A DNA stretch of 64,000 nucleotides from Squalus acanthias (Eukaryota): positions 43,278,001-43,342,000 of the forward strand of contig CM059432.1 of NCBI GenBank assembly GCA_030390025.1, read 5' to 3'. Every line of letters starts with the position of its first letter. Position 1 is the stretch's first letter. The position numbers were made by a program, and so were the translations under genes. The notes beneath the pieces were generated by a model. It ran no database searches. It was given only the letters and a program-made list of their open reading frames with translations, and was not told the origin of the DNA. Shown here piece after piece: positions 50,885 through 61,577 of the stretch.

Positions 50885-51125
50885 TCGCCCGTTTTAAACG
50901 GAGATGAAGTGGAATTTCTTCTCTCAGAGGGTCGTGAATCTTTGTAATGCTCTACCCCAGAGAGCTGTGGAGGCTGCGTCATTGAATATATTCAAGGCGG
51001 AGATAGACAGATTTTTCAAAAACAGGGGAGACGAGGGTTATGGGGAGCGAACAGGAAAGTGGAGTTGAGGCCAAGATCAGATCAGCCATGATCTTATTGA
51101 ATGGTGGAGCAGGCTTGAGGGGCCG
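50885..51125 (+). mobile_element. CR1 3' fragment nested in the Harbinger element
   Basis: ttcttctctcagagggtcgtgaatctt...gatcagccatgatcttattgaatggtggagcaggcttgaggggccga. Confidence 0.88.
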
Positions 51126-51179
51126 AGCAAGTGGGTTGGGGTGATATGCACATCAGGATGTAGGTGTGCCACAGCACTC

Positions 51180-51435
51180 ACCTTTCCTGCCCTGCTTAGG
51201 TCATTAAACCACTTTGGACATTGAATCCAGGAGCATGGCACCATGCCCTCATGGGCAACCTCCAGCTGCGCTTTCTTTGTTTCACCGGTCGGCTTCTTCC
51301 TCCCGTCAGTAAGGAAGTGTATCTCCCTGCGGGCCCTTACAGCCCCCAGCAGCACTTCCGGAGGTGGGGGTGAGGGGGCGGGGGGGAAGCGACACTAAAA
51401 CAAGGTGCAGCCTTTGAACGTCTGGACTCCATTCT
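51180..51435 (-). pseudogene. Harbinger Myb/SANT-like gene, first exon
   Basis: MESRRSKAAPCFSVAS...LLGAVRARREI...SWIQCPKWFNDLSRAGK|gtgagt. Confidence 0.8.
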
Positions 51436-51859
51436 GCCAATTCCTTCTATTGTGCTCGAAACTCCAAAATCCATCAACTTGCATGTTTGGAGTATCCCTT
51501 TAAATACTGGAGTTGAAATCATCTCACGCGGGTCGGTATCACGCCTGCTCACGCTAATTGGAAAACCCGGAAATGATATGGTAATGCAGTAGCTGGGATA
51601 AAAAGTCTCTGACAGACGCATTCCCATGCGCTACCAGACCCCTCTCCCCCCACTCCCAGCGTGTCGCAAACTTAAAATCCAGCCCATTGATTGCCCTGCA
51701 CACCACCATATCTTTTTCAACATTTATTTCACCTTTTATTAAAACATTTTTTTACCTATTTTTGTAACAATCATCCATTAGAGGAGATTGGCAGTTGACC
51801 TGTTCCTCGGCCTTTAGCAACTGATTAGATCTCCCTCCCTGTGGTGAAGTAAAGGAAGC

Positions 51860-52300
51860 AAGAAAGAAAGAAACTTGCATTTATATAGCACCACTCACAA
51901 CTTCAGGTTGTCCCAAAGTGCTTTGCAGCCAACAAAGTACTTTTGAAGTGTAGTCACTGTTGTAATGTAAGAAATGTGGCTGCCAGCTTGAACATAGCAA
52001 GATCCCACAAACAGCAATGAATTAAAGGGCCAACTAATCTGGGGTTTTTTTGAGGGATAAATGTTGGCCAGGACACCACGAGAATTCATCTACACGTTTT
52101 TGAATAGTGCCATGGGATCTTTTATATCCACCTAAGAGGGTAGATGGGGCCTCAGCCTATTGTCTCAACCGAAGGACAGCACCTCTGACCGTGCGGTACT
52201 CTCTCAGTACTGCGCTCAAGTGCCAGCCTACTTTATGTGCTCTGGAGTAGGGCTTGAACCCACAACCTTCTAACTCAGAGTGCTACCACTGAGCCAAGGC
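51860..52300 (-). mobile_element. SacSINE1-like DeuSINE
   Basis: Reverse complement of the 40690-41150 type. Confidence 0.88.
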
Positions 52301-52416
52301 TGGCATCAAGTAGCTGGTGTACCTTTGCTATCACCTAGGATGGAAACTTAACACTTGGGGAATCTCAGATGTCGACGTACATCTACAAACAATGATACAG
52401 TGCTTTAAAGCAGTAC

Positions 52417-52469
52417 CTTAAAAAAAGTCTTTCGCACTTCTGGAATTTCCCACAACTCGGGTTGCTGAA
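52417..52469 (-). CDS. Candidate 53-bp exon QQPELWEIPEVRKTFFK
   Basis: Strong acceptor tctcttttaatttatttacttttag; AAG|gtactg donor; phase 1 to 0; protein-like sequence in unique DNA. Confidence 0.55.
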
Positions 52470-53454
52470 CTAAAAGTAAATAAATTAAAAGAGACTTGAT
52501 ATGTAGATATTGAATAGGAATTTGGTCCCTGAATGAAGAATTTTTAATAATTCAGAAGCATCAAACATGAATGAGTTCATAAGTGAAATAAATTCCATAG
52601 TCAATGGCTAAACATTGAGCATTCTGCGACTATAAGTTTTAAACTGTTTTCATTGTTTGGAAGTGGGTTTAAACCAGCTGAGTGCACATTTAGTTACCAA
52701 TTGTGATGATTGTGATATATTGATAATCACACTGTATTCTTATGCATACATGCAGTATAAGCAAACATAATTTCAGGAAGAGACATTTTTCTGAAGATAT
52801 GGTGGAGGTGACACTAAAGGAAGAATATCAGAACCCAGCCTAGACACTGATATTGATTGATGCATATTGTATCTGATCTGTGAATGCTTGAGTGCTTAGT
52901 ATCATCACTGAATACAAAGTGGAAATGTTACATTCTCTCCAGTGCTGTTAGCAATTATTTTATTGCACCCATAAATCCTTCAAAAAATCAAGCTGGATTC
53001 ACGCCAGTCCATTGTGGAACATGATGCTACTGTTTTCATTCATGCTATTGGCAGATTTGAAAGGAGCTGTGAACTCTATTATAATTCTAGCTTCGAGGTA
53101 TTTTATTCTGCTTTTAAAAAGGAGACTTAGAAGTAGAGATTTTTTCTTTTCTTTTGTATCTCCGATTCCTATAGGTAGGTTTAAAAGTTATTTATTAACC
53201 TAGGTACCCTCACCTATCCATTCCTACCAGTCTTCAGAATCATTCATAGATTGAAGGCCAATGAACAGATGTGGAAATAAGCCTGTCACCTTTGCCCTCC
53301 AGCAAGCATTGTTAGGGAAACTAGCTTGGAGATGGCCAAGAACATGCAGGTATGGCTCCCCTTGCCAAGGTAATTCCCAGATGGTAATAGTTGGCATGGC
53401 ACACTGTGGTTCTTCTTCTCATTTTCCTACTTCTGTTATCAAAATATTTATATG

Positions 53455-54390
53455 GTGGGTGTATAGGGCACAATTTCAAAATTTGCGGATGACACAAAAC
53501 TTGGAAGTATAGTGAACAGTGAGGAGGATAGTGATAGACTTCAAGAGGACATAGACAGGCTGGCGGAATGGGCAGACACGTGACAGATGAAATTTAATGC
53601 AGAAAAGTGGAAAGTGATACATTTTGGTAGAAAGAATGAGGAGAGGAAATATAAACTGAAGGGTACAATTCTAAATGGGGTGCATGAACAGAGAGACCTG
53701 GGGCTATATGTGCACAAATCGTTGAAGGAGGCAGGGCAGGTTGAGAAAACGGTTAAAAAAGCCTACGGGATCCTGGGCTTCATGAATAGAGGTATAGAGT
53801 ACAAAAGCGTGGAAATTATGATGAATCTGTGTAAAACACTGGTTCGGCCTCAACTGGAGCATTGTGTCCAATTCTGGGCACCGCACCTTAGAGAGGGTGC
53901 AGAAAAGATTTACGAGAATGATTCCACGGATGAGGGACTTCAGTTACGTGAATAGACTGGAGAAGCTTGGGTTGTTCTCCTTAGAGCAGAGAAGATTGAG
54001 AGGAGATTTGATAGAGGTGTTCAAAATCATGAGGGGTCTAGACAGAGCAGATAGAGAGAAACTGTTCCCATTGGCAGAAGGGTCGAGAACCAGAGAACAC
54101 AGATTTAAGGTGATTGGTAGAAGAACCAAAAGCGACATGAGGAGAAACTTTTTTACGCAGCGAGTGGTTAAGAGCTGGAATGCACTGCTTGAAAGGGTGG
54201 TGGAGTCAGACTCAATTGTGGCTTTCAAAAGGGAATGGGATAAGTACCTGAAGGAAAAAAATTTGCAGGGCTACGGGGAAAGGCGGGGGAGTGTGACTAT
54301 CTGAAGTGCTCTTGCAGAGAGCCAGCACGGGCTCGACGGACAGAATGGCTTCCTTCTATGCTGTAACCATGCTATGATTTATGATTCTAT
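53455..54390 (+). mobile_element. CR1 LINE 3' portion
   Basis: ISKFADDTKLG, ORFs 53587-53955 and 53864-54304, (gattctat) tail. Confidence 0.93.
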
Positions 54391-55164
54391 GATATTGAGA
54401 GTTTTGCTTTTCATTTTTTTTTAATGTTACTAGTGGAACAGCATTGCCTATCTAGGATAACTACTTTAAGCATATTGGCCATATATGTGGTTTGCCTACA
54501 AGAGCCCTGTCCACACACTGCTAGTGATTGTTATATTTCAAAAACAACTGGCATCTCATTTTCAAATTCAATGTCAAGTCAATTATTGAGGCTTTCTTGC
54601 ATTGCTCCATATGATCTGCAGGTAAATTATACTTTACAGTTGTCAACAGTTTTTGTTATTGAACACACATAAGCATACACTAAAGGTGGGAGCACTTGGT
54701 AGTGTTCCACAGCACACAAAGGACAAAGTTATACTAATGTGTTCAATATAATAATTGTGGATAGGCTTGTAATGTACTGAGCCACTCAAGTCCCCATTCA
54801 TACAACAGAGATAATTCATGTTGGATCTACTGATACAAATTAAATTTAGTCTTTGTCAATGCTTTTGTGGCATTTGTCTCTGAAGCAGTATGTGCTTTGG
54901 GCAATATCAATCTACTATCCGTGCATATGCTGTTTTTTTACAAGGAGCAAAAAACCAGCAGGAATTCAAAGCAGCCTGCTTTTATGAGTCTGATTCATTG
55001 TACTTTGATTCATAGTCCATTTAAAGCTGGCAGCATGAGGTGTACATTTTTGTTCTGCAATAGAGCAAAGTAAACAAATTAGCATAATTTGCAGGGTGCA
55101 TTTTAATTTGGAACATCTGTGAATTTGGTACAAAACCCTATTAGTAGCTATCATGTAAACAGAG

Positions 55165-57868
55165 CTAAAGAGGTACAAACCAAGCATATTCCCACAAGGA
55201 AGAAATATAGGGGATCCAAAGCTAGAGCTCCCTGGATGACAAAGAAAATAGAAGTTAAAATAAAACAGCAAAAAGAGGTTTATGATAAATGTCAGGCATA
55301 GAACACAGTCGAAAACCAGGCACAATACAGAGAGTGCAGGGGGAAATTGTAAAAGGATATAAGAAGGGCATAGAGAGAGTATGATAAAAGGATAGCGAGT
55401 AACGTAAAAAGGAACCCCAAAATCTTTTATAAACATAAAAAGCAAAAGGATAGTTAAAGCAATGGTGGGGCCGATTAGGCACAAGAAAGGAAATCTTCTT
55501 GTGGAGGCAGAGGGCATTATTGAGGTACTGAATGGTTACTTTGCATCTGTCTTCACAAAAGAAGAGGATAAAGTTAATGTCGCAGTAGAGGAGGAGGGAG
55601 TAGAGATATTGGGCCAAAAATTCGGCCCTTCCCGGGTGAGTACGCACTGTGTACTCACCCATAAGGCGTCCTGAAGTGCCGGTTTCCTGCATGCACTGCG
55701 CATGCGCGGGAAACCGGAACTTCCGGTCTGGTGAAGGGGGCGGTTCCTAGGTGAACCGCGTGCGCGGTAGAGGCTGCACGCACGCAGCAAACTTAGGGTT
55801 TTTTTCAGGTTTCTATGGAAGGGTAAGTATTGAAGAACCTGCACATTTAAAAAGGAGGCGCAGGAGCTGTTTTCAACAAAGTAAGTGGTTAATTAAGTAC
55901 AGTATAATTTAAAAAAAATTTCAACAGGTTTATCTTTTTTAGATACTTTAAAGAAAGGTAAGTTTATTTTTAGCACTGTTAAAAAGTATTTTAATTTTTT
56001 CAAAAATTAAAATTTTTGTTTAAAGTAGTTAATTTATTTAAGTATAGTTATTTTATAAATGTGATGGGTTTTTTTTAAATTTATTTTAAGTTTAGCTGTT
56101 TTTTTGGGGCCGATTTCAATTCATAGATTTGACAGGTCTTCCTGTCAAATCTATGAATGAAAGATGGTCTGCTGCCATTGGCTCGCCATGGCCCACATGA
56201 TCCCAGGGGACGCATCGCACTAACTGCGCCCCTGGGACACGCAAGCACTGCATGCTGGCACTTGGAGCAGGCCCAGGAGCTGAAGTTCCCGTGGGCCCAA
56301 AACACAACGGCAGGCGTGGTAGGTAAGTGCGCGCGGGATCCTTACCCCCGCAGCAAGCCGGAGAGGCGAATTTCAGGGCCATTGAATAGGATAAAAATAG
56401 ATTGAAAGGAGGTGCTAAATAAGTTGGCATCACTCAAAGTTAACAAGTCACCTGGTCCAAATGGGATGCATCGTAGGTTGCTGAGGGAAGCAAAGGTGGA
56501 GAGAGAAGAAGCTTTGATCACAACCTTTCAATCCTCCTTGGATATGGGAGTGGTGCCAGAGGACTGGAAGAAAGTAAGTGTTACACCCCTGTTCAAAAAA
56601 GCAGAGAGGGATAAACCTGGTAACTACAGGCCAGTCGGTCTAATGTCAATGGTGGGAAAACCACTAGAGACCATTGTCAAGGACAAAATGAATTCTCACT
56701 TGGAGACGCATAGGTTAATAAGGGACAGCCAGCACAGATTTGTTAAAGACAAATCGTATCTGACTAACCTGATTGAGTTATTTGATGAAGTGACAAAGAG
56801 GGTTGATGAAGGTAGTGCAGTAGATGTTGTATATATGGACTTTCAAAAGGCATTTGATAAAGAACCACACAACAAACTTATTCGGAAAATAGAAGCACAT
56901 GGGATTAAAGGGACGGTGGTAACTTGGGTACATAATTGGCTAAAGAATAGGAGGCAGAGTGTGGTGGTGGACGGATGTTTTTCTGACTGGAGAGAAGTAT
57001 GCAGTAGCAGACTTCAGGAGGACTTAGACAGACTGGTGAAATGGGCAGACAGATGGCAGATGTAATTTAATGTGGATAAGTGTGAAGTGATGCACTTGGG
57101 GAGGAACATCATGGAGAGGCAGTATAATCTAAATATTACTATTTTGAGGGGGGTGTAAGTGCAGAGGGACCATGGGGTACATATTCACAAATCTTTGAAA
57201 GGTGGCAGGGTATGTTGATAAGGCGGTTAAGAAAGCGTATGGGATATTTGGCTTTGTAAATAGGGACATTGAATACAAAAACAAGGAAGTCATGCTAAAC
57301 CTTTATAAATCACTGGTTGGGCCTCAGCTGGAGTATTGTGTACAATTCTGGGCACTACACTTTAGGAAGGATGTCAAGGCCCTGGAGAGGGTACAGAGGC
57401 AGTTTACCAGGATGATACCAGGGATGAGGGAATTGAGTTACGTGGAGAGATTTGAGAAACTGGGATTGTTCACCTTAGAGCAGAGAAGGCTAAGGGGAGA
57501 GCCTAATCGAGGTATTCAAAATTATGAGGGGTTTTAATAGAGCAAATAGGAAGAAACTGTTTCATCTGGCAAGTTAGTCGGTAACCAGCAATCATAGATT
57601 TAAAATAATTGGCAAAAGAACTAGAGGGAAATTAGGAGAAATTTTTTTACACAGAAGGTTGTTGAGATCCGGAATGCACTACCTGAAAGGGTGGTGGAGC
57701 AGATTCCATAGGAACTTTCAAAAGGCAATTGGACACGTATTTGAAGATAACTAATTTCCAGGGCTATGGGGAAAAAGCTGGGGTGTGGGACTAATTTGGA
57801 CAGCTCTTCAAAGAGCCGGCACAGGCACGACAGGGCGAATGGCCTACTTGTGTTCTGTAAGATTCTAT
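55165..57868 (+). mobile_element. CR1 LINE ORF2 plus 3' UTR, with a MITE insertion and an internal deletion near 57003
   Basis: APWMTK, NGYFASVFT, KSPGPNG, NYRPV, YMDFQKAFDK; the PQG/FADD segment is missing; 3' tail gattctat. Confidence 0.92.
55611..56380. mobile_element. Harbinger-type MITE inserted in CR1
   Basis: TSD ATT; TIRs gggccaaaaattcg / cgaatttcagggcc; removing it restores CR1 VEILNRIKID. Confidence 0.88.
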
Positions 57869-58755
57869 GGGGGAAAAATTCAGTTGGTTGCGCCTCCCGT
57901 TAGCGCCTTAAGAGGGCGCTAATGGGGCGCAAAGCAGCTAGCGCCCAGGGCGCAGCGATGTTTGCGCCGCTCGCGAACTTAACTAGACATTTTGCGGCGG
58001 CGCTAAACTTTATCGCCGCGATCTCCTGCGCCGGCAGATCATGACGTCACTCGAGTGCGCAACGCCCCGGTATCGCCCCAGAGCGGATATTGAGTGGCGC
58101 CTTACTGCCTGACGCTAGCAACGACAGGTTGAGGGGAGCGTTCTGCAGTCATGAAGGGAAAGGGGGAGCGCTATTTAAAGGTGTCCGCTTCCTGCCTTTT
58201 ATTGTTGGTGCCATTTTTGAACTACGCATTCTGAGAGAGAGAGGGAGAGACTTCTGGAGAGATTCAACGTTGTGTGAAGGAGTTTTGGGTACTGAGCAGC
58301 ACTTTGCAGGTTCATTTTGATTTGCCATTCCTTGTATCGATTTAGCAGAGACTGTGGGGGCTGCACTCTGAGCTCTTTGCCTGGCACTCTCCATTGTTCT
58401 TTCCAGCACATTTGATGTGCAGGTCTCTCCAGGCCGAGATTCAAGGCTGCAATGAGCAGGATGTGGATGGAAAGCAAGATTAACCATCCCCTTTATGAAC
58501 TGGCTGGTGCCATTGTGTGTGTGTTCCATTGCTGACTGACATTACATGAGCTTCGCCAGCGCTCTGAGGTAGCGCCTCGCTCCTCGGCCTTTGCGCCTTA
58601 AGACAGGTGTGAAGCACCTGATTTAGCGCTGCAATCACCTCCAGGGGCGATAAAAGTCAAGTTTGCAGTCGGTGGCGATAATTAGCGCGAGGCGCTAATC
58701 TTTGCGCCCGGCCGATATTTGCGCCCCAAACGGGGCGCGACTGAATTTTTCCCCC
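57869..58755. mobile_element. Harbinger non-autonomous element, copy 2
   Basis: Perfect 16-bp TIR gggggaaaaattcagt / actgaatttttccccc; TSD TAT. Confidence 0.92.
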
Positions 58756-59834
58756 TATGAGTTGTCACACCTTTTTGAAGCTCAGAGGGCTGGCACAACA
58801 CTTTGGCACCAAAATAAGTAGAAATCAAGATTCCATTATTTTTGTTTATTTGCAGCATATTGTGTATTGGAAATGTTCTACAGTGGGCCTTGGGAAGCAA
58901 AAAATGTACCATATTTACGTGGCGTTATGAGTTTACACATAGAGTGAGTTCCAGATCTCAGGCAGCCCATTTTTTGGGGTACCAAGATGCCATACATGGT
59001 GCTTCTATTCACAGGTAATGTCTGTTTGTGAGCGGTTCATACAGTTGTTAAAATTGTAAATGTGAGACTTGGGTTTGAGAATTCAATCTCTAATTTTTCT
59101 TTAACTTTTTTTGGAAAAAGCTATAAAAAGCTTACAAATTGTTACAGAATGAGAGGATACCCTTCTACACCAACTCAGAAAGCTTTTGATGCACTCTGAC
59201 AAATTCTGCAAACTTCAGATGTGTTTGGAAACTCTCTTCAACTGTCTGGGGAAGAAGTATCCAGTTGAAGCCCAGACTTTTGAGACAGGTTGATGCCTTG
59301 AAGTAAATATTTTAAGGGTGGCAGCAGAAGATACAAAAGGCAATTCAGTGTGTACATTTAATCAAGTTATTGTGAAATATATAAATTTAGAATTTTTTAT
59401 TATGTTTAAAATATTATTTTGGCCATTTACAAATTTCAGTTAGAAATGATGGATGATTTTCTTTTACAAAAAGCATTTGTGATTTGATTGGTGCACTTTA
59501 AAAAAAAAGTTGCTGTTGGGGATTCTCCTGACTGGTTATTCAGGACTTCTTGTTTTCATAAGGGCTTAGAAATTTCTCATTGACAGTTTTCTAGGTGCTT
59601 ACCTTATTCTTATTCACTGAGCAGAATATTGGGTCCTGCGAGGACAAGTACTGGTCCCACCGCAACACTCTCCTTCAGTGATTCTGGATCAGGACAGGCA
59701 GAGTTTAATCCACCTCCCACCAAAGACCATTTTTGTGCCTTGTTAGTGAAGCGAGTTAAGTTCACTGTCCATCCTACTCAGATGAAAATTGGAGCTGCAC
59801 ATTCCTGCTGAGTTAATTTCCCTGATTCCGCATG

Positions 59835-59950
59835 CTCTCCCTTTTCTAACCTCCCCTCCTTTCCTCTCCTACTCCCCTACTAACCCCTTCCCCTTCCCTC
59901 CTCTCCCTTTTCCTCCTTCTCTTTCCCCTCCCCTCCCCTTGTTCTCCTCT
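59835..59950 (+). repeat. Pyrimidine-rich (CT/CCT) low-complexity tract
   Basis: ccccttccccttccctcctctccccttttcctccttc-like run. Confidence 0.7.
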
Positions 59951-59994
59951 TACCAATCAAGCAAACTCTTCTGCCCAGAATGGTGTCGAGCTTC

Positions 59995-61010
59995 TTAAGC
60001 ATTGTTGCAGCCAAGTGTTGAATATTTCATGACACTCCTGACTGGTAAATGGTTGAGAGGCTTTGAGGAGACAGGCGGTGAGTCACACATTGCAGAGTAC
60101 TCAGCATCTGTCCTGCTCTTGTAGCCACTGTGCTGATATGAATGGTCCAGTTGAGCTTCTGGTAAATGGTGCCTCCCAGGATGTAGATAGTAGGGGAGTT
60201 GATAATGGTGCTGCCATTGAAGCTCATGAGGAGATGGCTTTCTCTTCTTCGAGATGGTCAGTACCCGCACTTACGTTGCACGAACGTTATCTGCCACTTT
60301 TCAGCCCAAAGACATCTACATCATTAGCATCACAAATACTATGAACAATGTTTTAAAATTTATTTAGGCCAGAATTTTATGATTATTAAAAACAGCAAAG
60401 GAGTCATCAAATGTGCTATCAAGCAGCACGTACTCACAAATAACCTTCTCACCGATACTCAGTTGACATCAAGGCAGCATTTAACTGAGTGTGGTACCAA
60501 GGAGCCTGAGTAGAACTGCAGTCAATGGGGATCAGGGGGAAATCTCTCCAGTGGCTAGGGTCATACCTGAACAAATGAAGGTGATTGAGATTGTTGGCGG
60601 CCATTCATCTCACGGAGATAGCTGCAGGAGTTCCTCGGGGCAGCATTTTAGGCCCAACTATCTTCAGTTGCTTTTAGAACAGGTCAGAGGCTGGGTATTT
60701 TGCACTGATTGGTTCACCTGCTGACTCACCAAAGCCTTTCCACCGCCTACAAGGCACAAGTCAGGAGTGTGATGGAATACCCTCCACTTATCTGGTTGGG
60801 TGCAGCTACAACAACACACAAGAAGCTTGACACCATCCAGGATATAGCAGTCTGCTGGATCGGTGCCCAATCCATAAGCCTAAACATCCATTATCTCCAC
60901 CATCGGTGTGCTGTGGCTGCAATGTGCACTATCTACAAGATGCACTGCAGCAATTCACCAAGCCTTCTTCGGCAGCACGACCCATGTCTGCAACCTCTAC
61001 CACCTAGAAG
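59995..61010. mobile_element. Two old CR1/L2-group LINE fragments (- at ~59995-60305, + at ~60390-61010)
   Basis: Similar to 22150-23170, e.g. STAYKAQVRSVMEY, KKLDTIQ. Confidence 0.8.
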
Positions 61011-61059
61011 CCTATGTAACCTATGTAACCTGAGCTTTTCCCCTGTGTCCATTCGGGTG

Positions 61060-61577
61060 CGCACTTAGGCTGCCACTCCAGACCCGAGTCGTTCAATACT
61101 TTTCCACTTTTTCTACCCTTTTTCCTTTTCTCTTTATCCCTCCCTGACCGCTCTCTCCTGTTGTCATGCTTCCTTTCATCTCTCCTCTCTCAGATACTCT
61201 GCCCTCCCAAATCCCTACCCCAATTCTTCATTACTCTTCGACCTTCCTACTCTCCTGCTGCCGTCCTAGGCTTGACTCCCTCTTAGATAAGCCTACAGCT
61301 TCCCTCTGTGCCTCTCTTGGCATCTTACGAAGAGCCCATCGGGGCACTCATCACTGTCTCCTTATGAGCAGCAACCCCAACTGTCCCATCCTACTCTCTC
61401 ACTTACCTTCCCACCCAGCGCCCACTGGGGGCCAATCTTGCCAATCTCCTCCTCGTCCAACTCACCCCTCCCAGCGCTGACCCTATGGACGCTGGCAGTG
61501 GGTCAGCCATCACGGACCCTCTCCGCATCTACCTCCAGAATGTCTGTTCACTTGCCAACAAGGCCCTGACCATCCAT
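61060..61577 (+). mobile_element. L2-like LINE fragment (start of the APE domain) abutting a CR1
   Basis: Pyrimidine-rich leader then PLRIYLQNVCSLANKALTIHE. Confidence 0.55.

Larger units (their letters stand above)
48584..51685. mobile_element. PIF/Harbinger DNA transposon with convergent transposase (+) and Myb/SANT (-) genes, inactive
   Basis: TIRs gggctgaattttaa / ttaaaatccagccc; TSD ATT at 48581-48583 and 51686-51688; both typical genes present. Confidence 0.93.

Noticed and set aside
59168..59297. Minus-strand open segment ASTCLKSLGFNWILLPQ...KLSELV*
   Set aside because: No convincing donor before the stop codon and no recognisable homology
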